A DNA stretch of 60,619 nt, filler included, from 8 parts of 8 records of this genome joined end to end with filler, not necessarily neighbours in it; one strand, 5' to 3'; shown: positions 1-9,889, numbered from the whole stretch's first letter. Notes: generated by a model from the sequence alone, not told the origin. Numbers and translations are program-made.

Positions 1-75
1 CAATCCAGATTAGTAATCAAGGTACCTCACTGGTCGGGATGACATGAATATAGTAATTGAATCCCCCACCTATTT

Positions 76-852
76 ATGCTACGCACACTTTCGATGAAAA
101 CAAGACTATACTCAAAATTATTATTAATTCTAACACTTCTGCTTTTTGCATCCACTCTTTATGCTCAACAAAAGGTAGGACAGCCGACCAACTTTGTGAA
201 TGATTTTGCTGGCGTCATAGATGCTCCAACTGAAAATTCACTTAATAGTCTCTTAAACTCCTTTGAAAAATCAACTTCTGTTGAGGTTGCAGTTGTGACA
301 GTTCCAGACTTAAACAATCTTCCAATTGAAAACTATGCTGTGGAACTATTTGAAAAATGGGGAATTGGTAAAAAAGGAGAAGATAACGGTTTATTGATTC
401 TTGTAGCCCCAAACCAGAGACAGGTCAGAATAGAAGTTGGTTACGGCCTTGAGGGAGCTATAAATGATGCGCTTGCCGGAAGAATTATCGACCAGGCAAT
501 GATCCCCTATTTTAAACAGGGGGCCTTCTCCAAAGGCATAATGAATGGTACTCTTGCATCAATTCAGACAATCAACTCAAGATATAATCTTGGTTTCGAT
601 TTTACTAAAACTGGGGTTGCCTCTACGAATGTTAGGTATGTAAAAAAGAAATCGAGTCTTGGCTCAAAGATATTTAAAATCTTTTTTCTTCTAATTATCA
701 TCGGGCTTTTTATTAAAAACCCATGGGCGGCCCTCTTCATCCTTATGGGGATGCGAGGTGGTGGCAGATCCTCAGGAGGCTTCGGAGGTGGAAGCTTTGG
801 GGGTTTTGGTGGAGGAATGTCTGGTGGCGGAGGAGCCTCAGGCAGTTGGTAA
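76..852 (+). CDS. TPM domain (YgcG-like) membrane protein with Gly-rich C-terminal tail
   Basis: Signal peptide; VNDFAGVI, WGIGKKGEDNGLLILVA and RIEVGYGLEG TPM motifs; one TM helix; GGGxSGGGGASGSW end. Alternative start at ATG 94. Confidence 0.93.
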   Translation: MLRTLSMKTRLYSKLLLILTLLLFASTLYAQQKVGQPTNFVNDFAGVIDAPTENSLNSLLNSFEKSTSVEVAVVTVPDLNNLPIENYAVELFEKWGIGKKGEDNGLLILVAPNQRQVRIEVGYGLEGAINDALAGRIIDQAMIPYFKQGAFSKGIMNGTLASIQTINSRYNLGFDFTKTGVASTNVRYVKKKSSLGSKIFKIFFLLIIIGLFIKNPWAALFILMGMRGGGRSSGGFGGGSFGGFGGGMSGGGGASGSW

Positions 853-874
853 TAGAATATAGAACGGAGGAGTA

Positions 875-1579
875 ATGAATTTAGACCAATTTGTAAATCA
901 GGTAAAAGAGCTCTATGATAAAGATCTTATTGCTGTTGTCCTTTACGGCTCCGCGGCAACTGAAGATTTTTCAAAAAGATATTCTGACTATAATACTATT
1001 ATAGTACTCAAAAAGGTTACGCCAAATGCATTGGCAAAATCCAATAATCTTGTAAAAAAATGGATTAAAGCAAATAATCCACTTCCCCTCTTATTTGATC
1101 CAGAGTATATCGAAACTTCTACCGATGTGTTCCCAATAGAATTTAATGATATTAAATCAAGTAGAAAGATTCTTTTTGGTGATGATCCTTTCACAAATAT
1201 TGAAATTGATACCAAAAATCTGAGGCACCAGTGTGAAAGTGAGTTAAGGGGAAAAATATTACAATTAGAATCCAAGTTTGTTGAGATTTCAACCCACGAG
1301 AAAAAGATAGCAAAACTAATGCTAAACTCTTTTTCTGGCTTTCTATCCATATTTAAGGGAGTAGTATGGTTAATGGGTCATGAGCCAGACTCCAAGAAAA
1401 GAGCTCTAATTGAACGTTTAGCAACGATAATTGAATTTAACCCAACAATATTTATGGAGCTCCTTGACATTCGTGATGGAGACGCCATATTACCAAGACA
1501 CGATGCTATTGAGAAATTTGAAGACTATTTGACACAGATAAAGACTATCACTAATTTTGTAGATAAATTTGATATATAA
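875..1579 (+). CDS. Nucleotidyltransferase-fold (Pol-beta/MNT-like) protein with helical C-terminal domain
   Basis: VVLYGSAA...SDYNTIIV N-terminal motif (GS...DxN); SD GGAGGAG upstream; lies between the TPM and LemA genes. Confidence 0.75.
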   Translation: MNLDQFVNQVKELYDKDLIAVVLYGSAATEDFSKRYSDYNTIIVLKKVTPNALAKSNNLVKKWIKANNPLPLLFDPEYIETSTDVFPIEFNDIKSSRKILFGDDPFTNIEIDTKNLRHQCESELRGKILQLESKFVEISTHEKKIAKLMLNSFSGFLSIFKGVVWLMGHEPDSKKRALIERLATIIEFNPTIFMELLDIRDGDAILPRHDAIEKFEDYLTQIKTITNFVDKFDI

Positions 1580-1603
1580 AATGTAAGTGTTTAAGGAGGA
1601 ATA

Positions 1604-2173
1604 ATGAAAAAAGGCCTGATAATTTTAGGTGTAATTGTTTTAATAGTTGTGATCGCTGGTGCGAGTTGTGTCGGTAAATACAATCGACTCGTAACTCTTG
1701 ATGAAAGTGTTGAAACAGCATGGTCACAGGTTGAAAACGTTCTTCAGAGACGCGCTGATTTGATCCCGAACCTTGTTAATACAGTTAAAGGTTATGCTAC
1801 TCATGAAAAGGAAGTTTTCATACAAGTAACTGAAGCAAGAGCAAAAGTTGGAAGTGCTACAACAAAGGCCGAAAAAATTGGAGCAAACAATCAACTGACG
1901 GGTGCCCTATCAAGACTATTGCTAGTTGCTGAAAGATATCCAGATCTAAAGGCAAATCAGAACTTCTTATCACTTCAAGACGAGCTAGCAGGCACAGAAA
2001 ACAGAATAGCAGTTGAAAGAAAAAGATATAACGATACCGTCAAAGCCTACAATACGTTTGTCAGACGCTTTCCAAGCAACATAATTGCGGGAATGTTTGG
2101 CTACAGTAAGGAAGATGTCTATTTCAAAGCAGACAAGGGAGCGGAGAAAGCACCTGAAGTTAAGTTTGATTAA
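1604..2173 (+). CDS. lemA: LemA family protein
   Basis: N-terminal TM; LQRRADLIPNLVNTVKGYA, ERYPDLKANQNF and ELAGTENRIAVER motifs; SD AAGGAGG. Confidence 0.96.
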   Translation: MKKGLIILGVIVLIVVIAGASCVGKYNRLVTLDESVETAWSQVENVLQRRADLIPNLVNTVKGYATHEKEVFIQVTEARAKVGSATTKAEKIGANNQLTGALSRLLLVAERYPDLKANQNFLSLQDELAGTENRIAVERKRYNDTVKAYNTFVRRFPSNIIAGMFGYSKEDVYFKADKGAEKAPEVKFD

Positions 2174-2196
2174 ATTTATCCACAATTTTGAAAAAC

Positions 2197-2222
2197 AAAG
2201 GCCCCTATAAAGGGGCCTTTTT
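2197..2222. terminator. Bidirectional intrinsic terminator
   Basis: AAAGGCCCCT-ATAA-AGGGGCCTTT perfect stem with A/T tails, between convergent genes. Confidence 0.85.
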
Positions 2223-2231
2223 CATATAATC

Positions 2232-4103
2232 TTATTCTTTAATATCATACCTAAATAATGTAACTGGCGTATCTCCCAATGCCTTTTCAATAGCATCCAT
2301 ATGTAACATCTTTAAGCCCTCTCCCTTCGTATACCTATTATAGAAAGCGATCACCTCATCTAAGTTATGTCTCATATATATTTGACCTAAATCATGAAGA
2401 AGACTTTCTACAGCGGGATGAAACTTATCGTAGTTTAAAACAAATTTTTCAGTAGATTGATCAAACTCTACAGCACCTTTTTCCGTTAAGTAACCGAGTT
2501 GAATTGCTGCTAGTAGTTGGTAAGGGCTCCTCGCTTCATGAAGCTTACTTTCCTTAGCTAGTCCAATTGCGCGTTTTAGTTGTCCCATCATCCAGATAAA
2601 TTCTGCTGTATATACCTTTTTTGTAGTCTCCCTATCATGTAAACCCATCTCTTCAAAGAGGCCTGCTAAATATAAAGCACCTGTTTGAGCCTTCAATTCC
2701 TCGATTCTTAGTGTATACTTTTTGAGATGCTCAGATACTGTTCGTCCATCTCTACACATCATATTCATGGTTGGGCCCATGTTGTGTGAGAACTCATGAT
2801 CAACCATACCACTTTTGAGAACCTCAGGATCAAAGTTCTTCATCGATTCATCACTTAAAATCTGTCCATAATGCCTTAACACTTCAGGGCTATATCCTCT
2901 GGAGGTTTTATTAAAGAAAAGCATGGTCCTATGTTTACAACCCTTACCTGCTCCGTTTTCACCGCACCAATTTGGTAATGTTTGAGCTGCCCAAGCACCC
3001 ATTACATTACCCTTTGCATCCCCCGCTTCAATTACTACATCTAGAAAATCAGGCAAGCTGATATCAACCCGACGTTCTTCATATGGTTTGCCAATAACCT
3101 CTGCAAATCTATGCTCAATTTTTTGACGAATATCTTTATAGTAACCAACAGATTTTGAAACTTCTGGATTAATGATTCCAAAGACCATATTGAAACCTGC
3201 CTTAAGACTCCACTTATGCCAACCAACTTCATCGGGACCAACTCTAAGATAAAACTTAGAATTTCCTTTCATTGCCAACCAGGCCTCATCAGGTTTAACA
3301 TTTGGATAAGTTTCTTTAGACGAAAGTGAATCAGCTACGGCCCAAAGATAATTTGCTAAGTAGTCATCGCCCATTTCATCAGCCATTCTAGCAGCTTTAA
3401 CTATCTCTTCACTTAATTCACCCATCTTTGCAGAGAGATATGATTCACTATAAGGGACTGCTTTATATCCTTTTGTAGTTTCCTCAACCACGGTAAAAGG
3501 AGCAGCTAAATCGCCAACCAATTGATCCATTTTAATTGAGTCTGGGTACATCAGTGTAGAATGAGGTTCGAACAAAGGTGATCCATTACAAATTGGTTTC
3601 AGAGTAGCTTCACACGATAGACGTTGATATTTTTCCATCATTTCAATCATTAAGCGATCTACCCCCACTCTCATGAGCTGTTCTCTGTGTTTATAACTTC
3701 CCACCTGCATCTGAAAAAGTTCGTCTACTATGGGAGCAACCTTTTCCATCTGTCTTACAAATCTAATCTCTTGTTCCACGAGATTATACTTAGACAGTTC
3801 AACTGGAATTACTACCATTTCAGTCTTATCAAGTTCGGCTTGAACAGCTTCGCGTCTTGCTTTCTCAATAATTGCTGCATATCTATGGTTAAATAGCCCT
3901 GTAAACTGGCCATCAACTACAAACTTTTCAAGATTCTGACCTGAAGCCAAAACTGAAATTTCATCAGGATTAATAACGCCTTCGCTAGATTGAGCACTTT
4001 CCCATTTTATGGCATCGCTTGGATAACTCTCAGTCCACAACCTATTAAAGGTCCGTTCGCTAACTTTTGGTAATCCCTGGTACCCATTACTTCCACTACT
4101 CAT
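2232..4103 (-). CDS. Peptidase M49 (dipeptidyl peptidase III-like) zinc metallopeptidase, HExxH type
   Basis: AQTLPN, HEFSHNMGP and IEELKA motifs match the M49 LPN/HExxH/EExKA arrangement. Confidence 0.72.
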   Translation of the reverse strand: MSSGSNGYQGLPKVSERTFNRLWTESYPSDAIKWESAQSSEGVINPDEISVLASGQNLEKFVVDGQFTGLFNHRYAAIIEKARREAVQAELDKTEMVVIPVELSKYNLVEQEIRFVRQMEKVAPIVDELFQMQVGSYKHREQLMRVGVDRLMIEMMEKYQRLSCEATLKPICNGSPLFEPHSTLMYPDSIKMDQLVGDLAAPFTVVEETTKGYKAVPYSESYLSAKMGELSEEIVKAARMADEMGDDYLANYLWAVADSLSSKETYPNVKPDEAWLAMKGNSKFYLRVGPDEVGWHKWSLKAGFNMVFGIINPEVSKSVGYYKDIRQKIEHRFAEVIGKPYEERRVDISLPDFLDVVIEAGDAKGNVMGAWAAQTLPNWCGENGAGKGCKHRTMLFFNKTSRGYSPEVLRHYGQILSDESMKNFDPEVLKSGMVDHEFSHNMGPTMNMMCRDGRTVSEHLKKYTLRIEELKAQTGALYLAGLFEEMGLHDRETTKKVYTAEFIWMMGQLKRAIGLAKESKLHEARSPYQLLAAIQLGYLTEKGAVEFDQSTEKFVLNYDKFHPAVESLLHDLGQIYMRHNLDEVIAFYNRYTKGEGLKMLHMDAIEKALGDTPVTLFRYDIKE

Positions 4104-4295
4104 TATATCCTCCTTCTTTACGCCTTATTTGGCGCTATTTTCCCAGTACTATCCATTTATCGATAGCACGTACGTCTTATAAAAGAAGGATGTTTTACTC
4201 GGAAGACTCAAAAATCGTTTACTGAAGTAAACACCTTTTGGATTGAATTTCACTACCTCTTAGACTATTAAGGATACTTCAAAGGGAGGAAATCA

Positions 4296-6347
4296 ATGTA
4301 TAACCTACCACCTCGTGAGATTACTAGAGAGATTATGTTTAATGTTGGCGGGCCTGATGGTTTTACCAGGTGGTTTATATATGTTCCTTTTGTAATAATT
4401 CTTTTTTTCCTAGTTAGGGGCTTGCTCAGAAAGCTAAAGATCTGGAAAATTGGTCAGAGTGAACCTCGCCACGATAGGATCCCTGAACGGATCAAAGGGG
4501 TCTTCACTCAAGCAATCGCTCAAGCCAAGGTTTTGCGGGAAGCTTATGCAGGAGTCATGCATGCTTCGCTTGTTTGGGGATTTATTATCCTTACAATCGG
4601 AACAACTCTGATTTTCGTACAAGAAGATTTTACAGCTCTTATATTTGGAGAGAGTGGAAAATTCCTATATGGGAATTTCTATCTAATCTATTCACTTCTT
4701 CTCGATTTCTTTGGTCTTGTTGCTATTATTGGAACATTAATGGCTATCTATAGAAGATATGTAACAAAGCCTAAACAGCTCGATAACAAGCCAACCGACC
4801 TATACGCCCTCCTCTTGATCTTTGGAATACTCGTAACAGGCTTTATCTCTGAAGGTTTAAGAATCGCTATTACATACTTTCCTGTATTTGAAGTCTGGTC
4901 ACCAATTGGCTGGATTCTGGGCAAAGGCTTTGTTGGTATTGGACTATCAGAACCAGTTATGATTCTAATCCATAAAATTAATTGGTGGATCCACTTCGCC
5001 CTATCGATGATTTTTATCCTAGCCCTTGTCTCTGGGAAACTTCTTCATATATTCGCATCATCGGCTAATATCTTTTTTAGAAATCTTGGGCCAAAGGGAA
5101 AGTTGGGCATCATCCCACCGGCTGAATTTGAGAAGGCAGAGAGTTTTGGTGTTTCTAAGGTTGAAGACTTTACATGGAAGCAGCTCTTTGATGGTGATGC
5201 TTGCACACGTTGCGGAAGATGCGAAGATGCTTGTCCTGCAACAAATACGGATAAGCCTCTTTCCCCGAAAAAGATCATTCAAGATGTTAATGATAATCTA
5301 TATGCAAATTCAGATAAAATTCGATCTAAGAAAGAAGAAGGTAAAAAGCCTCTAATCGGTGAGTCTGTGCAAGAAGATGAATTGTGGTCCTGTACAAATT
5401 GTGCGGCCTGCCAGGAAGAGTGTCCTGTGCAAATTGAGCACCTTCAAAAGATTACAGATATGCGTAGACACATGGTTCTTATGGAAGGAAAAATGGACGA
5501 GGCTGTTCAAAATACATTCCGAAATATGGAGACAAATGGAAATCCATACGGAATTGGCTTTTCTTCAAGAGGTGATTGGGCAAAAGATTCTGGAATTAAG
5601 ACATTAGCAGAAGATAATGAAGTCGACTATCTCTATTATGTAGGTTGTGCAGGTTCTTTTGATGATAGAAATAAGAGTGTCGCAAAGGCGCTTGTCGCCC
5701 TACTCCAAAAGGCTGGATTAAAAGTCGGCATACTGGGTGAAGAAGAGACCTGCTGTGGAGACTCTGCTCTTAGGATAGGAAATGAATATCTTTTTCAGAT
5801 GCTAGCTCAGCAAAATATAGAGACCTTTAAGCGATACAATATAAAGAAGGTCATAACTACGTGTCCTCACGGCTATAACGTATTCAAAAAGGAATATCGA
5901 GATCTAGGAGCAGATTTTGAAGTCTTTCATCATTCAGAAATCCTTGCTCAATTAATAAAAGATGGAAAACTGAAGGTGGATAAAGCATCATCAGGCGAAT
6001 CAATTACATATCATGATTCATGCATGCTTGGCAGATATAACGAAATCTATGATGCTCCTCGTGAAGTGTTGTCGTCAGTAAGCAAAGATCTCATTGAACT
6101 TTCAAATAGCAAATCAAATAGTTTCTGCTGTGGTGGCGGTGGCGGAAGAATGTGGATGGAAGAAACTCTAGGAACTAGGATCAACCATAAGCGATTTGAA
6201 GAGATCGAAAATACATCTGCAAAGACCGTTGGAACAGCCTGTCCTTTCTGCCTAACAATGTTCTTTGACGCCTCCAAAGAGAAAGGCATAGAAGAAGAAT
6301 ATCAGATTAAAGACATCGCAGAGATATTACTCAATAAAATAGATTAA
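4296..6347 (+). CDS. FadF-like membrane Fe-S oxidoreductase (NarI-like TM region + 2x[4Fe-4S] + 2 CCG domains)
   Basis: Several TM helices with conserved His; CTRCGRCEDACP and CTNCAACQEECP; CCG motifs (TCCGD, CCGGGGG, CPFC). Confidence 0.9.
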   Translation: MYNLPPREITREIMFNVGGPDGFTRWFIYVPFVIILFFLVRGLLRKLKIWKIGQSEPRHDRIPERIKGVFTQAIAQAKVLREAYAGVMHASLVWGFIILTIGTTLIFVQEDFTALIFGESGKFLYGNFYLIYSLLLDFFGLVAIIGTLMAIYRRYVTKPKQLDNKPTDLYALLLIFGILVTGFISEGLRIAITYFPVFEVWSPIGWILGKGFVGIGLSEPVMILIHKINWWIHFALSMIFILALVSGKLLHIFASSANIFFRNLGPKGKLGIIPPAEFEKAESFGVSKVEDFTWKQLFDGDACTRCGRCEDACPATNTDKPLSPKKIIQDVNDNLYANSDKIRSKKEEGKKPLIGESVQEDELWSCTNCAACQEECPVQIEHLQKITDMRRHMVLMEGKMDEAVQNTFRNMETNGNPYGIGFSSRGDWAKDSGIKTLAEDNEVDYLYYVGCAGSFDDRNKSVAKALVALLQKAGLKVGILGEEETCCGDSALRIGNEYLFQMLAQQNIETFKRYNIKKVITTCPHGYNVFKKEYRDLGADFEVFHHSEILAQLIKDGKLKVDKASSGESITYHDSCMLGRYNEIYDAPREVLSSVSKDLIELSNSKSNSFCCGGGGGRMWMEETLGTRINHKRFEEIENTSAKTVGTACPFCLTMFFDASKEKGIEEEYQIKDIAEILLNKID

Positions 6348-6512
6348 TCAGATATAGTCTTTGATTTGATCAAGCAAATCTTGACGGGTTATAAAATCTT
6401 CTAGATAATCATATTTCTCTGTTGATATTCTTATTACGGGTGATAAATTATAGCCGTCGAGCCACTCCTTGTATAGTTTATCGAGCGATTTAAAGTATTT
6501 TGAATTGACTCC

Positions 6513-6612
6513 NNNNNNNNNNNNNNNNNNNNNNNNNNNNNNNNNNNNNNNNNNNNTTAATTAATTAANNNNNNNNNNNNNNNNNNNNNNNNNNNNNNNN
6601 NNNNNNNNNNNN
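6513..6612. other. Artificial contig spacer (N44-TTAATTAATTAA-N44)
   Basis: Identical 100-bp block with stops in all six frames; occurs seven times in the window. Confidence 0.99.
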
Positions 6613-7698
6613 TGGATCAGAGCCGTATGGGCACCCTCTATGCCAGATATCAGTACAGCAGGAGTAAAAACCGTTGCAAGCAATGACGGCGTTATCGAAA
6701 TAGATGTAAAAGATTTTATCCTCATTCGAAGTAAAGGCAGAGATGTCATAGCGCAAAATACGAGTACCGCTACGACACAAAGCACAGCTACGAGTCAGAC
6801 AGTATCTGGTGCGGTTATGGGTATTGGAAGAGCCATTGACAATATTGCACCTCTGGCACCAGCCAGATTCTCTGTTGAAAAAGAAGGTTCTACTGTCAAT
6901 CTACACTGGCCACAAGTCACACACGGCGTAAACGGCACACAGGAATTATTCGGCGTCAACTATGAGATTTATTCTCATACAACAAACGCTTATTTTGATC
7001 CGGATAATGATGGTGTTCTGGAGGCGACTGTTAGTGATACGTCGTACATGTACAATGGAGAAGCTATACGAAAATACTTTATCGTCAGAGCCATTGATAG
7101 TGATAATAAATCCTCCATTACAGAGAGGAAGGGCAAATATGGATTCACCGTTGCTACAGGTGATAATCCAATCTTTAACCACTTGTCACTACCATTAGAG
7201 ACCAGTTCCATTACAAACGCGAAAACAATGGCAGAAGCAGTAGAAGGTGTACTGACTGTTCTCAAACTCGATACTCTCACAAATGGTTATAGCACGTTTT
7301 ATTTACCGACGGTCAACTTTGGCGATAATTTTGATCTCAGCACGGGAATGCCTGTACTTATATCCGCGAGCAACGCAACTCCGGAAAACTGGTTCTATAC
7401 TGGCTTAGTTCCGGCTAAAAAATCGGTCCAATTCAAGCTTAATAATGCCGCTGCCGGTTCGTTTAATGAAATTATCGTTCCATTGGATAGAACAGACCTT
7501 AATACGGCTGATAAACTTGCCAAAGATATTGGTGGTGTAACTGTCGTACTTAAAATAGATCCGGAAACAAATGGATTCAGCACATTCTGGCTACCGGCGA
7601 TTAACTTTGGTGATAATTTCACCATTGAACCAGGTGAACCCGTTCTTATCAATGTAAACACGGACGCACCGGATACATGGCCGGTTTATACAGAATAA
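6613..7698 (+). CDS. 5'-truncated probable exported protein: FN3-like domain plus two tandem C-terminal repeat modules
   Basis: Frame is open from the contig edge (WIRAVWAPSM...); DNIAPLAP...VNLHW...YEIY...YFIVRAID is FN3-like; duplicated N..xxPL...V.K.D..TNG.STF...NFGDNF....G.PVLI module. Confidence 0.7.
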   Translation, partial: WIRAVWAPSMPDISTAGVKTVASNDGVIEIDVKDFILIRSKGRDVIAQNTSTATTQSTATSQTVSGAVMGIGRAIDNIAPLAPARFSVEKEGSTVNLHWPQVTHGVNGTQELFGVNYEIYSHTTNAYFDPDNDGVLEATVSDTSYMYNGEAIRKYFIVRAIDSDNKSSITERKGKYGFTVATGDNPIFNHLSLPLETSSITNAKTMAEAVEGVLTVLKLDTLTNGYSTFYLPTVNFGDNFDLSTGMPVLISASNATPENWFYTGLVPAKKSVQFKLNNAAAGSFNEIIVPLDRTDLNTADKLAKDIGGVTVVLKIDPETNGFSTFWLPAINFGDNFTIEPGEPVLINVNTDAPDTWPVYTE

Positions 7699-7735
7699 TA
7701 ATGCATTATATAAAAATCGAATAAGAGATTGAAAC

Positions 7736-7774
7736 ACCAGAGATTGTAAAAAAGCTTTTTCTGCAATCTCTGGT
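7736..7774. terminator. Intergenic stem-loop
   Basis: ACCAGAGATTG...CAATCTCTGGT inverted repeat enclosing AAAAAAGCTTTTT, between two co-oriented genes. Confidence 0.5.
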
Positions 7775-7812
7775 CAACTTTACACTGCCAACTACCGTAT
7801 CAGGAGGCAATT

Positions 7813-8760
7813 ATGAAAAAAATTATGATATATACATTAACTCTTACATTCATTGTCCTTTTGTCAACATCAGGTTTCGCCCAGATTCCCCACATTGTTT
7901 CGGGCACTGTTCTCAATAAAGACAATTCAGCACCAGGTGCTGATGAAATACAATTCAGAGGATTTCTCAAAAAATCACCCACTGACACGAGTGTAGCCAA
8001 ATTATGTTCGGAAGGTGGCGGCTGGGGTCTTGATGTTATTTATGAGATCCCCAACAGCACATGGGAAGTGGGCGATACTTTGGTTGTTATTTTTGAGAAT
8101 GTAAGCACAGGCCCGGAAGCGGGTTCTGTAACAAAACTAGTCCATGAAACAACAAGTACAAATCCTGAATTCATTGGTGACTATGCACTACCTGTGGAAA
8201 TGACAACCTTTGACGCACTTGTACAACGGGATTCATTTGTCGAAGAGGTGGTCCTGAATTGGAAAACAGTTGGAGAATCCAATAATTACGGATTTGAAGT
8301 ACAAAAAAGCACCGATGGAAAAAAGTGGGAAAAAATCGGTTTTGTAGCCGGAGCAGGTTCGACGAACATTGCCCAGGCCTATGAATTCAAAGATGAAAAT
8401 GTTGATGTAGGGACGTATCACTATCGATTAATACAAATTGACACAAATGGCAATTCAAGTATGTCTGACGTGAAAACACTCACAGTCACACCACCCAAGA
8501 CATATGAGTTGAGCCAAAACTATCCAAATCCTTTTAATCCGCAGACCAACATCATCTTTCAATTGAAAGAAGATATTGATGTCAAGATCACTGTTTTCGA
8601 TGTTCTTGGCCGGGAGGTTGCTTCTCTGGTCGACAGAAAAATGAAAGCCGGTACACATACCATTACTTTTAATGGCAGTCAGCTCTCTTCAGGCTTGTAC
8701 TTTTACAGCATGCAGGCAGGTGATTTCCATCGGGTTAAAAAAATGGCCATCGTGAAATAA
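7813..8760 (+). CDS. Secreted protein with T9SS type A-like C-terminal sorting domain
   Basis: Signal peptide ending GFA-Q; LPVEMTTF...LNWKT..ESNNYGFEVQKS FN3-like segment; YELSQNYPNPFNP...SGLYFY...KKMAIVK C-terminal domain. Confidence 0.88.
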   Translation: MKKIMIYTLTLTFIVLLSTSGFAQIPHIVSGTVLNKDNSAPGADEIQFRGFLKKSPTDTSVAKLCSEGGGWGLDVIYEIPNSTWEVGDTLVVIFENVSTGPEAGSVTKLVHETTSTNPEFIGDYALPVEMTTFDALVQRDSFVEEVVLNWKTVGESNNYGFEVQKSTDGKKWEKIGFVAGAGSTNIAQAYEFKDENVDVGTYHYRLIQIDTNGNSSMSDVKTLTVTPPKTYELSQNYPNPFNPQTNIIFQLKEDIDVKITVFDVLGREVASLVDRKMKAGTHTITFNGSQLSSGLYFYSMQAGDFHRVKKMAIVK

Positions 8761-8782
8761 TATCCAATCTCTCTAAATTTTA

Positions 8783-8829
8783 CTCCCTGAAAAAGCGCCC
8801 CTGCAATATGCCTTTTCAGGGAGTTTTTT
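8783..8829 (+). terminator. Intrinsic terminator
   Basis: CTCCCTGAAAA...TTTTCAGGGAG stem followed by a T run just after the CDS. Confidence 0.7.
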
Positions 8830-8966
8830 ATTGCTGCCAACGTGCTCCATTTACTTCTGTTTATTATGTTTCCAGGCACCATTTCTATTAAATTGAGCAT
8901 TGGACATCCAAAACCCACCTATTTTTCCGCAATTTAAGAACTTTTACAACAAAACTTGAAAAAAAC

Positions 8967-8995
8967 TTGACAAAATTAAAACATAAATATATATT
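8967..8995 (+). promoter_or_regulatory. Putative sigma70 promoter upstream of the molybdoenzyme operon
   Basis: TTGACA-17 bp-TATATT. Confidence 0.45.
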
Positions 8996-9256
8996 TGTTC
9001 AATCGATAAAATTTCTTTTCCATACACTCCTCTCCACTAATGAATTGACACGATTTTTCAATTTCTAAAATCTCACTTTTGAATAAAAGACAATATATAA
9101 ACGAATTGTTCTGGAGATTCCTGACCGGCACGGTTTTCATCTACTGGATTCAATTTTTTGTTGTATTTTTATTTATCATGTAACTATCACAACAAGAGGT
9201 ATAATAAATCCTAAAGGCTACATAACTTTCCAATCAAAATACATTGGGAGTTTAAT

Positions 9257-9886
9257 ATGAGTCAAAATGAAAAGAAATCAGGCATTTCTCGTAGAAGCTT
9301 TATTAAGGGAGTGGGTGGCGGCATCGTTGGAACAACAGCGGTGTCAGCTGCCGTCAGCAAATGTGCCAGTGGAGAAGTTGGGCCGCATGGCTCAAGAATT
9401 CGGGGACCCGAGACCATAAACATATCTCTTCGAATTAACGGGAAAAAGCACTCATTGGCAATCGAACCAAAGATAACTTTGCTGGACGCCATACGAAATC
9501 ACCTTGGCTACACAGGTTCAAAACGCGTATGTAATCGTGGAGAATGCGGTGCCTGCACTGTTATAATGGATGGGAAAACCGTGCTTGCTTGTAGCCTGTT
9601 TGCTCTCGATGCTGATGGAGCAGACATTGAAACAATTGAGGGATTGGCCAATGGTGAAAATTTACATCCTGTCCAGGATATGTTTGTAAAAAATGATGCA
9701 CTTCAATGTGGATTCTGCACACCTGGCTTTATCATGTCAAGTGTCGCGTTATTACGCACGAATACATCTCCGACGATAGACGAAATCAAAGCAGGCGTAT
9801 CAGGTAATTTATGCCGCTGTGGAACCTATCCGCATATTTTCAAAGCTGTTGATGAGGCAGCAAAAACTATGAAGAAAGGAGGGTGA
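9257..9886 (+). CDS. Xanthine dehydrogenase family 2Fe-2S subunit with Tat signal (PaoA/YagT-like)
   Basis: SRRSFIKG twin-arginine motif; CNRGECGACT, QCGFCTPG and NLCRCG. Confidence 0.92.
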   Translation: MSQNEKKSGISRRSFIKGVGGGIVGTTAVSAAVSKCASGEVGPHGSRIRGPETINISLRINGKKHSLAIEPKITLLDAIRNHLGYTGSKRVCNRGECGACTVIMDGKTVLACSLFALDADGADIETIEGLANGENLHPVQDMFVKNDALQCGFCTPGFIMSSVALLRTNTSPTIDEIKAGVSGNLCRCGTYPHIFKAVDEAAKTMKKGG

Positions 9887-9889
9887 GCC

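Noticed and set aside
1-45. GGTCGGGATGAC end resembling a REP-like repeat
   Set aside because: Cut by the window edge and the partner arm is not visible.
6513-6612. Recurring TTAATTAATTAA within N runs as a biological repeat or CRISPR-like array
   Set aside because: It is an identical artificial six-frame-stop linker. Genes on either side of any spacer must not be treated as neighbours.
8976-9035. Minus-strand GGAGAGGAG followed by ATG, a possible small peptide
   Set aside because: The ORF is only 15 codons (MEKKFYRLNKYIFMF), overlaps the predicted promoter and has no other support.
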